Assembly: GCA_037414955.1 (NCBI GenBank)
Contig: JBBEWH010000028.1
Span: forward strand, 26,429 to 50,428
Direction of reading: 5' to 3'
Length of the DNA: 24,000 nucleotides
DNA from: Actinomycetes bacterium KLBMP 9797
GTDB taxonomy: Bacteria; Actinomycetota; Actinomycetes; Mycobacteriales; Micromonosporaceae
Part shown: positions 13,137 through 21,581 of the stretch, piece by piece
Numbering within the stretch: the first letter of the stretch is position 1
How the letters are laid out: each line of letters starts with the position of its first letter
Made by a program: the position numbers and the translations under genes
Notes under the pieces: model-generated
Databases searched by the model: none
Seen by the model: the letters and a program-made list of their open reading frames with translations, nothing else
Told to the model about the DNA's origin: nothing

Positions 13137-14384
13137 ATGCGGGTACGGGCGGCGGCCGCCGGCCTGGCAGCGGTCTGCGCCGCCGCGGCCGCGTGGCACG
13201 GACCGGCGCCGGCGGTGGCGGCGCCGCGGTGTGCCGATCCCGGCCAGGAGATCGCGGAGGTCCCCTGGCACCAGCGGATGTTGGCGCCGGAGCGGATCTG
13301 GCCGTTCGCCCGGGGCAACCAGCTCGTCGTCGCGGTGCTCGACACCGGGGTCGACGCCCGCCACCCCCAGCTGGGTGACCGGGTGCTCGCCGGGTTCGAC
13401 GCGGTTCGCAACAGCGGGACCGGCAACACCGACTGTCTCGGCACCGGCACCCAGGTGGCGGGCGTGATCGCCGCCCAGCAGACCAGGGGGATCGGGTTCG
13501 TCGGGATGGCGCCGAACGCCCGGATCCTGCCCGTCAAGGTGCTCCCCGACGAGGGGGCCACCGACCGCATCGCCCAGCCCCAGATCCTGGCCCGCGGCAT
13601 CACGGCGGCGGTGGACCGGGGGGCCCGGGTGATCGTGTGCTCGGTCGTCACGTACACCGACAGCCCCGCGCTCGAGGCCGCGGTCGCCGGCGCCGTCCAG
13701 AAAGGCGCGGTGATCGTCGCGGCCGTGGGTGACGAGGGCAACCGCGACGACGGCGGCCCGACGCCGTACCCGGCGGCCTACGACGGCGTGGTCGGCGTCG
13801 GCGCGATCGGGCAGCAGGGCGTCCGCTGGCCGAACTCGCAAATCGGTGGGTACGTCGATGTGGTGGCCCCCGGTGCTGACGTGGTCACGCTCCAGCGCGC
13901 CAGCGGCATGACGACCGTGCGGGGCGGCACCGGCGTGGCCGCCGGTTTCGTCGGGGCCGCCGCGGCGCTGACTCGCGTACGCCGGCCCAACCTCGACCCG
14001 GCCGCGGTCCGCTACGTGCTGCAGGCCACCGCGATCGGCGGGACCAACCCGAACGAGTACGGGCAGGGCGTCATCAACCCGTACGCGGCGGTGACCGACC
14101 AGATCACGGCGGTGAGCCCGGCGCCGTTGCCGGCCGCGGAGCGCCCGTCCATCGAGGAGTCGCCCACCTGGCTGCGCAGCCGTAACCTGGCGCTGATCGG
14201 CGCCGGCGCGGCGGTGCTGGTGGTGCTGATCGTGCTGGCCGTGGCGGTCGCGCTGCCCCGGGGGCGGCGCCGCTTCTGGCGACCGGCGGTGGCGGCGAGC
14301 CCCGTGGACCGCCCCGAGGACGACGAGCCCGCTCCGCCAGCGCTCCTCTTCGACCAGCGGACGCAAGGAAGGGCCCCTTACTAA
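13137..14384 (+). CDS. mycP: Mycosin (MycP)-like subtilase homologue lacking the catalytic His and Ser (predicted pseudo-protease)
   Basis: ORF track 13038..14384. ATG 13137 follows GGGGAGGGGA and gives a signal-peptide-like N-terminus (MRVRAAAAGLAAVCAAAAAW). Subtilase Asp box VAVLDTGVD is present (GAC 13341-13343). The His box reads DCLGTGTQVAGVIAA where mycosins have DCxGHGTxVAG (Thr codon 13443-13445). The Ser box reads GGTGVAAGFVGAAAAL where GTSxAAPxVSG is expected (Gly codon 13932-13934). A C-terminal TM anchor (LALIGAGAAVLVVLIVLAVAVAL) is followed by RGRRR, as is typical of mycosins. Confidence 0.8.
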   Translation: MRVRAAAAGLAAVCAAAAAWHGPAPAVAAPRCADPGQEIAEVPWHQRMLAPERIWPFARGNQLVVAVLDTGVDARHPQLGDRVLAGFDAVRNSGTGNTDCLGTGTQVAGVIAAQQTRGIGFVGMAPNARILPVKVLPDEGATDRIAQPQILARGITAAVDRGARVIVCSVVTYTDSPALEAAVAGAVQKGAVIVAAVGDEGNRDDGGPTPYPAAYDGVVGVGAIGQQGVRWPNSQIGGYVDVVAPGADVVTLQRASGMTTVRGGTGVAAGFVGAAAALTRVRRPNLDPAAVRYVLQATAIGGTNPNEYGQGVINPYAAVTDQITAVSPAPLPAAERPSIEESPTWLRSRNLALIGAGAAVLVVLIVLAVAVALPRGRRRFWRPAVAASPVDRPEDDEPAPPALLFDQRTQGRAPY

Positions 14385-14481
14385 CACCCCTGATAGTGAG
14401 GAAGGGTCCCTTGCAATCGCCTCGCGCAAGGAAGGGCCCCTTGTTAACACCGCGCGGTGTTAACAAGGGGCCCTTCCTTGC
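14363..14481. repeat. Second repeat family (B): three direct copies and one inverted copy of GCAAGGAAGGGCCCCTT between convergent mycP and eccB
   Basis: Copies lie at 14363-14379 (inside the last codons of mycP), 14398-14414 (variant GAGGAAGGGTCCCTTGC), and 14426-14451. The inverted partner at 14456-14481 forms a perfect 26-bp stem (GCAAGGAAGGGCCCCTTGTTAACACC / GCGC / GGTGTTAACAAGGGGCCCTTCCTTGC). Confidence 0.9.
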
Positions 14482-14487
14482 AGCAAG

Positions 14488-15882
14488 TCAGTTGGGCGCC
14501 GCCGCCGCCGCGGGGCGGGTCGCTGCCGCCGGGTCCAGCGCCGGGCCGCTGGGCAACTGGGCGACCAGCGTCGCCGGCACGTTGACCGCCTCGCCCGGCG
14601 GGTAGCCCAACGCCGCGAGGACCTCGGCGCTCGGCACGGCGAACTTGACGCCGATGTCGGTGACCACATAGAAGACGCCGGTCTCCGCGTCCGGCCCGCT
14701 CACCGCTCGCACGATAGCGACCTTCCCCGGCGGTACCAGGATCCGGTCGGCGAGCGGCAGCCGGTCCTCCGAGGCGCCAGTGGTGGGCGTCGCGGTGTCC
14801 AGCCCGGCCACGCTGGCACCCACCGAGATGGTGGGCGTCGCCACGGCGTCGGGCGTGACGGCGCACACCTGGTCGTCGTCGCCGGTGGAGAGCAGCGTCG
14901 GGGTTCTCTCCGGCGGGTACGGGTCGCCGGTGGCCTGCCGGCCGGTGGTCAGCGGGTTGGCCTCGGCGATCGAGATGGTCTCCGGCTCGTCGGGCCACTC
15001 GGCCGCCAGGATCGCCTGCTGGAGCGGCGTGATGCCGAGCAGGCCGTTGGCCTGGACCAGGAAGTACTGCGGACCCGATCCGGTCTGGGCGACGAGGACG
15101 TCGCCGTTCTTGCGGCCCGGCACGGCGCCCGACGCCTGGCCCCGGCCGGTGACCGCGATCCGGGAGATCGCGCCGCCGGCGGGCAGCGCGTTCAACCACG
15201 CGGTGCCGACCCGCATCGCCGACACGGAGCCGAACAGCGCCGGTACGAGGTTTCCCGGGTCCTGGATGGCGTGGCGCCGGCCGTGCCAGATCAGGTGCAC
15301 GGTGCCTTCCGACGCGTCCCGGACCAGCAGACCCTGATCACCGAGCGTGCGGCCACCGCTGGGGCTGGTGGCCACGGCCAGCGTGACCCGGCTGACGCGC
15401 TGGCCGGAGGTGGTGGTCTCGGGGGTGGCGCACACCGTCCACGGCATGCCGACCCGGTTCTTGATGTCGGGCAGCGAGGTCGGCGCGTTCGGGATGCCGA
15501 CCGGCACGCCGCGCGGCGCGTCGGAGAGCGACTTGGTGGACTCCCGGAACTGGCCGCCGGTGCCCCCGGCGATCAGCCGCGCCGACGCGTAGTTGAGCGT
15601 CGGGACCAGGACACCGTCGAGGTAGACGTAGGTGGCGCCGGTCTCCTTCTCGATGACCACGGAGCCTTGGGTCTTCCACCGGTCCGTGCCGACCTTGGTG
15701 ATGATGCCGTAGATGCCGAAGCCGGCGGCCACCAGGACGGCGATCATCAGACCGCCGAAGATCGCGCCGATGCCCCGGCGCAGCGGGGACTGCTGCGGGT
15801 CGGTCTCCCGCATGACGAACGCGGAGATGACCCGCTGGGTCAGGAACTGGTACGAGTGGAGCTGATCACGCCGGGTCGCCAC
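14488..15882 (-). CDS. eccB: Type VII secretion system protein EccB
   Basis: The N-terminus reads ATRRDQLHSYQFLTQRVISAFVMRE, followed by a single TM (IGAIFGGLMIAVLVAAGFGIYGII) and a large extracytoplasmic domain. GTG 15882 lies 7 nt after the eccD stop. Confidence 0.85.
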   Translation of the reverse strand: MATRRDQLHSYQFLTQRVISAFVMRETDPQQSPLRRGIGAIFGGLMIAVLVAAGFGIYGIITKVGTDRWKTQGSVVIEKETGATYVYLDGVLVPTLNYASARLIAGGTGGQFRESTKSLSDAPRGVPVGIPNAPTSLPDIKNRVGMPWTVCATPETTTSGQRVSRVTLAVATSPSGGRTLGDQGLLVRDASEGTVHLIWHGRRHAIQDPGNLVPALFGSVSAMRVGTAWLNALPAGGAISRIAVTGRGQASGAVPGRKNGDVLVAQTGSGPQYFLVQANGLLGITPLQQAILAAEWPDEPETISIAEANPLTTGRQATGDPYPPERTPTLLSTGDDDQVCAVTPDAVATPTISVGASVAGLDTATPTTGASEDRLPLADRILVPPGKVAIVRAVSGPDAETGVFYVVTDIGVKFAVPSAEVLAALGYPPGEAVNVPATLVAQLPSGPALDPAAATRPAAAAAPN

Positions 15883-15889
15883 GTCGCCG

Positions 15890-17299
15890 TCACCCGCCGA
15901 GCCTTGCGAACATTCCCTGGATCGCGCCGAACAGGCCGGTGACCGCGCAGGCCAGCGGGATGAGCGCCATGATGGCGAGCACGTCGAGGATGTCGGCGGC
16001 GCGGCCCAGGTACGGCGAGGGGGTGCGCCGGCTGTAGATGACTCCCGCGCCGAGCACCGCGGCGGCCACGACGACGAACACGATCAGCATCAGCAGCCGC
16101 CCGCCGCTCCCCTCGATGTCCAGCGCGTAGCCCAGCATCAGCACGGCGAGGCCGGCGATGCCGCTGACCAGCAACGGCACCCGCTGCTGGGGCAGGGCGA
16201 AGAGCCGGGCCCGCAGCAGCAGCGCACCGGCGGCGGCGAACGAGAGCAGGTCGGCGGAGAACGAGTTGTCGACGGTCACCAGGAAGACGATCGCCACGGC
16301 CGCCACCAGCCCGGCGGCGAGCAGCATGCCGGAGAGCAGCTCGGTGGCGCGGGCGACGGCGGCGAAGACGTCGGACCGCTTGGGCACCGGCCGGTCCTCG
16401 AGGATGTCTTCCGGCCGGTCCGGCAGCTCGGGCACCGGCAGGCGCCCCATCCAGCTCGCGATCAGCGGATAGCCGGGCAGCAGCCCGATCACCGTGGTCA
16501 GGGTCACGGCCGCGGCGCCCGCCGGTCCCATGCCGGCCATGCAGAGCAGCGCGGCGAGCAGCCCGCTGAGGCTGATGACGAGGCCGGCCATGAAGAAGCG
16601 CTGGATCGCCGCGACGCCGGTGTATCCGATGATGCTGAACACCAGCAGGGCGGCCGAGCCGAGCAGCAGGCTGGAGGCGCCGAGGCGGAACAGCCCGGTG
16701 TCGCCGGGCGCCGCGAGGAGCGCGCCACCGGCGAACGCGTACGGCAGACCGGCCGCCGCCACGACGGCGCCCGCGGCGGCGTCCGAGAACGCGCGGGACA
16801 GCACGATCCCGAGTACCGCCAGCGCGGCGGCCAGGGCGAGCCCGACTCCCGCGGGCAGTGGCCAGGGTGGACCGGAGAGCACGAGCACGACCAGGCCGAG
16901 GAGGAGCACGACGCTGGCGACCGCCAGGCCGCCCCGCCGGGTGGCCGCCGCGCCCCAGGACCGCCCGGCGCGCCGGGCGCCGCTGGCGATGACCTCCACC
17001 ACGTCGTCGTAGGCCAGCTCCGGCCAGTCGTCGCGGCGGGGCGCCAGGTGCAGCAGCTCGCCGTCGCGCACCCCTTGTACCGAAAGGTTGCGGGTGGGTT
17101 CCAGGATGGCGCCGGTCGCGCGGCGCAGCACCCAGCCGCCCTGCCGGTCACCGGTTTCACCGAGATCGTCGCCGGCGTGCCGCAGCAGGTGCGGCAGCAG
17201 CTCGGCCACGACGAGATTGTCGGGTAACGCCACATCCATGCGGCGCTTGGGCGCCGCCACCGTCACCCTGGCCAGACTGAGACCGCCCGGGGCAGTCAT
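15890..17299 (-). CDS. eccD: Type VII secretion integral membrane protein EccD
   Basis: ORF track 15890..17323. ATG 17299 follows GGGGAGGG. The N-terminal ubiquitin-like domain (LARVTVAAPKRRMDVALPDNLVVAELLPHLLRHAG) is followed by about 11 hydrophobic helices. Confidence 0.85.
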   Translation of the reverse strand: MTAPGGLSLARVTVAAPKRRMDVALPDNLVVAELLPHLLRHAGDDLGETGDRQGGWVLRRATGAILEPTRNLSVQGVRDGELLHLAPRRDDWPELAYDDVVEVIASGARRAGRSWGAAATRRGGLAVASVVLLLGLVVLVLSGPPWPLPAGVGLALAAALAVLGIVLSRAFSDAAAGAVVAAAGLPYAFAGGALLAAPGDTGLFRLGASSLLLGSAALLVFSIIGYTGVAAIQRFFMAGLVISLSGLLAALLCMAGMGPAGAAAVTLTTVIGLLPGYPLIASWMGRLPVPELPDRPEDILEDRPVPKRSDVFAAVARATELLSGMLLAAGLVAAVAIVFLVTVDNSFSADLLSFAAAGALLLRARLFALPQQRVPLLVSGIAGLAVLMLGYALDIEGSGGRLLMLIVFVVVAAAVLGAGVIYSRRTPSPYLGRAADILDVLAIMALIPLACAVTGLFGAIQGMFARLGG

Positions 17300-17439
17300 G
17301 TTGGTCACCCTCCCCGACACCATGCGATTCGCGGGCTCAACCTAGCATGCCCCTCAGCGCTCACCCGGAGCCATCGGTACTGGTGGGCGGTCTCTGTGGT
17401 GTCTATAGGATGAGGACCAACCTAGGGGAGGGTCGAGCG

Positions 17440-20400
17440 GTGACATCGGTGATCGTGAAGCGTCCACCGCGTCGCATCGCGCCGCCGCTGCCGAGCGGCG
17501 AGGTCGTGCTCGACCCGCCACCGGAGACCCCGCCACCCGCCGGCAAGGCGTGGGGCCGGATGCTCATGATGCTGCCGATGGCCGCCGGTGGCGCCGCCAT
17601 GGGTCTCATGATGGCCGGCCAGCGTGGCGGCGGTGGCCCCCTGACGTATGTGGCCGGTGGCATGTTCGGCATCTCCATCCTCGGGATGATGGGGATGATG
17701 TTCATGAACCAGAGCGGGCCCGGCAAGAAGGAGATGATCGAAGCCCGCCGGCAGTACATGCGCCGCCTGACCCAGCTCCGGGCCCAGCTGCGGGCCACCA
17801 TCCGCCAGCAGCGCGAGGCCATCTACTACCGGCATCCGGACCCAGGCGCCCTCTGGTCCACGGTGAGCGGGGGCCGGCTCTGGGAGCGCCGCCGCAACGA
17901 CGCCGACTTCTCGGTCGTCCGGGTCGGCCTGGGCGCGCAGGAGGTGGCCACCCCGCTGGTACCGCCGCAGACCCGCCCGGTCGACGAGCTGGAGCCGTTG
18001 TGCGCCATGGCGCTGCGCAAGTTCGTGGCGACGTACTCGGTGGTGCCGGACCTGCCGGTGGCGATCGCGCTGCGTGACTTCTCGCACGTCTACCTGCGCG
18101 GCCCGGAAGGGCCGGTGCGCGACATGGTCCGTGCCCTGCTCGCCCAGGTGGCGACGTTCCACGCGCCCGACGACCTGCTGGTCGGCCTGTGCCTGCCGGA
18201 CACCCAGCGGGCGCACTGGGAGTGGGCCAAGTGGCTGCCGCACGCGCAGCACCCGGCGAAGGTCGACGCGGTCGGCCCGATCCGGCTCTTCGCGCCGTCG
18301 GTGACCGCGCTGGAGGCGATGCTCGACGACGTGCTGGCCAACCGGCCACGATTCGACCCGTCCGCCGCCCACACGACCCCCGGGCCGCACGTCGTCGTGG
18401 TGATCGACGGCGGCTCCACGGCCGGTTCCGACCACCTGATGACCGAGGGCGGCGTGGCCGGGGTGACCATCCTCGACCTGTCCAACCAGCCGCCGCGGCT
18501 GCTCGACGACACGTCGGTGGTGCTCGACATCGCCGACGACGGCACCATCTCCGGCACCACGATGGACGGTTCGACGCAGGTCGGCACCGCCGACGCGCTG
18601 ACCCCGCCGGAGGCCGAGGTGCTGGCGCGCGAGCTGTCGCCGCTGCGGCTGTCGGCCGCGTCGTACGCGGACCAGTCGTCCACAGTGACCGTCGACACCG
18701 GCCTGGCCGATCTGCTGCAGCTCGGCTCGCCGCACGACTTCGACCTGGCCGGCATGTGGGCGAGCCGGCCCAACCGCGACCGGCTGCGGGTGCCGATCGG
18801 GGTAGGCCCCGACGGCCGCCCGATCGAGCTCGACCTGAAGGAGTCCGCGCAGGACGGCATGGGCCCGCACGGCCTGCTGGTCGGCGCGACCGGTTCCGGT
18901 AAGAGCGAGCTGCTGCGCACGCTGGTGCTGGCGCTCGCGGTCACGCACGACTCGGAGATCCTCAACTTCGTGCTGGTCGACTTCAAGGGTGGCGCGACGT
19001 TCACCGCCCTCGACCGGCTGCCGCACACCAGCGCCGTCATCACGAACCTGTCCGAAGAGCTGTCGCTGGTCGACCGCATGCTGGGCGCGATCCAGGGCGA
19101 GCTGGTCCGCCGGCAGGAGCTGCTGCGCCGGGCCGGCAACTACGCCTCGCAGCGCGACTACGAGCGGGCGCGCGCCTCCGGTGTGCCGCTGGCGCCGCTG
19201 CCGAGCCTGCTGGTGATCGTCGACGAGTTCAGCGAGCTGCTCGCCGCGCGGCCCGACTTCATCGACATGTTCGTCCAGATCGGACGGTTGGGCCGGTCGC
19301 TGGGCATCCACCTGCTGCTCGCCTCGCAGCGCCTGGAGGAGGGCCGGCTGCGCGGCCTGGAGACCCACCTGTCGTACCGGGTGGGTCTGCGGACGTTCTC
19401 CTCGATGGACAGCCGGGCGGTGCTGGGCGTGCCCGACGCGTACGAGCTGCCCCGCGCGCCCGGCCATGGTTACCTGCGCACCGGCACCGAGGGACTGATC
19501 CGCTTCCGCGCGGCGTACGTGTCCGGCGTGGTCCGGCAGGACGGCTTCCAGCCGACCGTGGGCGGCCGCCCGGTCGACCCGGTGCGCGACTTCACGACGT
19601 ACTACGTGGCCCCGCCGCGCGACGACCGGCCGGCCGAGCAGCAGGAGGCCGAGCCCGAGGAGACGGCGGTCGGCGACACCCTGCTCGACGTGCTGGTGCA
19701 GCGGATGGAGGGGCAGGGGCCGCCGGCGCACCAGGTGTGGCTGCCGCCGCTCGCCGAGCCGCCGACGCTGGGCCAGATGCTGGCGCCGATCGTGCAGTCG
19801 ACCGAGCGCGGCCTGACCACCCAGGGCATCAAGCGCGAGCGGGCCCTGCACGGGCTGGTCGGCGTCATCGACAAGCCGTTCGAGCAGCTGCGCGAGCCGA
19901 TGTGGCTGGACCTGTCCGGCGCCGCCGGCAACCTGGTCGTGGTCGGTGGGCCGCAGAGCGGCAAGACCAACTTCCTGCGCACCCTCATCGGCAGCCTGGC
20001 GCTGCGGCACACGCCGCGCGAGGTGCAGTTCTACTGCCTCGACTTCGGCGGCGGCGGCCTGGTCGCGATGGGCGGCCTGCCGCACATCGGCGGCGTGGCG
20101 ACCCGGCGCGAGGTCGACAAGGTCCGCCGCACGATCGCCGAGATGTACGGGTTGATGCAGGCCCGGGAGGCCACGTTCGCCAACCACGGCGTCGAGGGGG
20201 TCGCCGCGTACCGGCGGGCCAAGGCGCAGGGCCGGTTCGCCGACGACCCGTGGGGCGACGTCTTCCTCGTGGTGGACGGCTGGTCCACGCTGCGCGCCGA
20301 GTTCGAAGACCTCGAGCCGTTGATCAACGAGCTGGCCAGCCGCGGTCTCGGCTACGGCATCCACGTCCTGGCCGGCACCAACCGGTGGATGGACGTCCGC

Positions 20401-21405
20401 GCGGCGGTCCGCGACATGTTCGGCACCAAGATCGAACTGCGGCTGGGTGAGCCGAGCGACTCGGTCATCAACCGGCGGGCCGCGGTCAACGTGCCCGAGC
20501 AGACGCCCGGCCGCGGCCTCACGCCGGACGGGTTCCACTTCCTCGCCGGCCTGCCCCGCATCGACGGTGAGCAGCGGGTCGACGACCTGTCCGACGCGGT
20601 GGCCGAGTTCGTCAAGCTCGCCCAGACGTACTGGACGCAGCAGCCGGCCCCGGCCGTGCGGCTGCTGCCCGCCGAGCTGCCGTTCGAGGCGCTGCCCGCG
20701 CCGCGCCGGGGCCGGCTGCCGATCGGCATCGCCGAGACCGACCTCCAGCCGGTCCACCTGGACTTCGACGCCGAGCCGCACGCGCTGCTGTTCGGCGACA
20801 TCGAGAGCGGCAAGAGTTCGTTCCTGCGCAGCCTCGCGAAGATGATCGTGCACAGCTACGACCCGAGCCAGGCCCGGATCATCACCGTCGACTTCCGGCG
20901 CAGCCTGCTCGGCAGCGTCGAGTCGTCGCACCTCATCGGCATGGGCACCGCCCAGCAGTCCACCGCCGACCTCATCAAGCAGGTCACCACGGTGATGAAG
21001 GAGCGGCTGCCCGGGCCGAACGTGACGCCTGAGCAGCTGCGCAACCGGAGCTGGTGGAAGGGCCCCGACCTGTACCTGCTGATCGACGACTACGACCTCG
21101 TCGCCGGCTCGATGAGCAACCCGCTCACGCCGCTCCTGGAATACCTGCCGCAGGCCCGCGACATCGGCCTGCACCTGGTGCTCACCCGCCGGATCGGCGG
21201 CGCCGGCCGGGCGATGTTCGACCCGGTGATCGGGCGGATCCGCGAGCTGGCCTCGCCGGGCCTGATGATGTCCGGACCGCGGGAGGAGGGCGCGCTGTTC
21301 GGCAACATGCGGCCGCAGATCCTGCCGCCCGGCCGGGCCTGGCTGTTCACCCGCCGCGAGGGCGCCCGCCTCGTCCAACTCGCCTGGACACCCCCCGCTC
21401 ACTAA
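17440..21405 (+). CDS. eccC: Type VII secretion FtsK/SpoIIIE-family ATPase EccC
   Basis: ORF track 17347..21405. GTG 17440 follows GGGGAGGG (17425-17432). There are two N-terminal TM helices and three P-loop domains: GATGSGKSE with VIVDEFSEL; GGPQSGKTN with LVVDGWSTL; GDIESGKSS with LLIDDYDLV. Confidence 0.9.
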   Translation: MTSVIVKRPPRRIAPPLPSGEVVLDPPPETPPPAGKAWGRMLMMLPMAAGGAAMGLMMAGQRGGGGPLTYVAGGMFGISILGMMGMMFMNQSGPGKKEMIEARRQYMRRLTQLRAQLRATIRQQREAIYYRHPDPGALWSTVSGGRLWERRRNDADFSVVRVGLGAQEVATPLVPPQTRPVDELEPLCAMALRKFVATYSVVPDLPVAIALRDFSHVYLRGPEGPVRDMVRALLAQVATFHAPDDLLVGLCLPDTQRAHWEWAKWLPHAQHPAKVDAVGPIRLFAPSVTALEAMLDDVLANRPRFDPSAAHTTPGPHVVVVIDGGSTAGSDHLMTEGGVAGVTILDLSNQPPRLLDDTSVVLDIADDGTISGTTMDGSTQVGTADALTPPEAEVLARELSPLRLSAASYADQSSTVTVDTGLADLLQLGSPHDFDLAGMWASRPNRDRLRVPIGVGPDGRPIELDLKESAQDGMGPHGLLVGATGSGKSELLRTLVLALAVTHDSEILNFVLVDFKGGATFTALDRLPHTSAVITNLSEELSLVDRMLGAIQGELVRRQELLRRAGNYASQRDYERARASGVPLAPLPSLLVIVDEFSELLAARPDFIDMFVQIGRLGRSLGIHLLLASQRLEEGRLRGLETHLSYRVGLRTFSSMDSRAVLGVPDAYELPRAPGHGYLRTGTEGLIRFRAAYVSGVVRQDGFQPTVGGRPVDPVRDFTTYYVAPPRDDRPAEQQEAEPEETAVGDTLLDVLVQRMEGQGPPAHQVWLPPLAEPPTLGQMLAPIVQSTERGLTTQGIKRERALHGLVGVIDKPFEQLREPMWLDLSGAAGNLVVVGGPQSGKTNFLRTLIGSLALRHTPREVQFYCLDFGGGGLVAMGGLPHIGGVATRREVDKVRRTIAEMYGLMQAREATFANHGVEGVAAYRRAKAQGRFADDPWGDVFLVVDGWSTLRAEFEDLEPLINELASRGLGYGIHVLAGTNRWMDVRAAVRDMFGTKIELRLGEPSDSVINRRAAVNVPEQTPGRGLTPDGFHFLAGLPRIDGEQRVDDLSDAVAEFVKLAQTYWTQQPAPAVRLLPAELPFEALPAPRRGRLPIGIAETDLQPVHLDFDAEPHALLFGDIESGKSSFLRSLAKMIVHSYDPSQARIITVDFRRSLLGSVESSHLIGMGTAQQSTADLIKQVTTVMKERLPGPNVTPEQLRNRSWWKGPDLYLLIDDYDLVAGSMSNPLTPLLEYLPQARDIGLHLVLTRRIGGAGRAMFDPVIGRIRELASPGLMMSGPREEGALFGNMRPQILPPGRAWLFTRREGARLVQLAWTPPAH

Positions 21406-21407
21406 CC

Positions 21408-21468
21408 CCCGTGATCAGGGCGTCCTTCAAGTAGTTCTCAACTACTTGAAGGACGCCCTGATCACGGG
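21408..21468. repeat. Palindromic element A5: perfect 29-bp inverted repeat with a 3-nt loop, immediately after eccC
   Basis: CCCGTGATCAGGGCGTCCTTCAAGTAGTT (21408-21436) / CTC / AACTACTTGAAGGACGCCCTGATCACGGG (21440-21468). It starts 3 nt after the eccC TAA (21403-21405) and probably also acts as a terminator. Confidence 0.95.
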
Positions 21469-21581
21469 CTTCACCACGGCGTGACGCCGGGATGACCGCG
21501 GTCGGGAACATCTACTCCGTGACGCACAGATCTCCATTTCTGACTCGTGTTGCGACCGGCCCCGAAGGCGGGAGGACCTCC

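Noticed and set aside
14104-14605. Small ORFs with repeated KGPFL/RKGPL peptides (14104..14466 minus, 14396..14605 plus)
   Set aside because: These peptides are translations of the repeat-B units in the intergenic hairpin region and are read on both strands. There is no independent coding evidence.
17300-17439. Candidate promoter in the eccD/eccC divergent region (TAGGAT at 17406-17411 as a -10 box)
   Set aside because: The hexamer looks like an actinomycete -10 box, but I find no convincing -35 at 16-19 nt spacing. I cannot support it without transcription start data.
3109-21468. CRISPR array
   Set aside because: The repeats are inverted-repeat hairpins rather than direct repeats. Their spacing is gene-length and irregular (about 0.6-1.2 kb and then 15 kb), and no cas genes are present.
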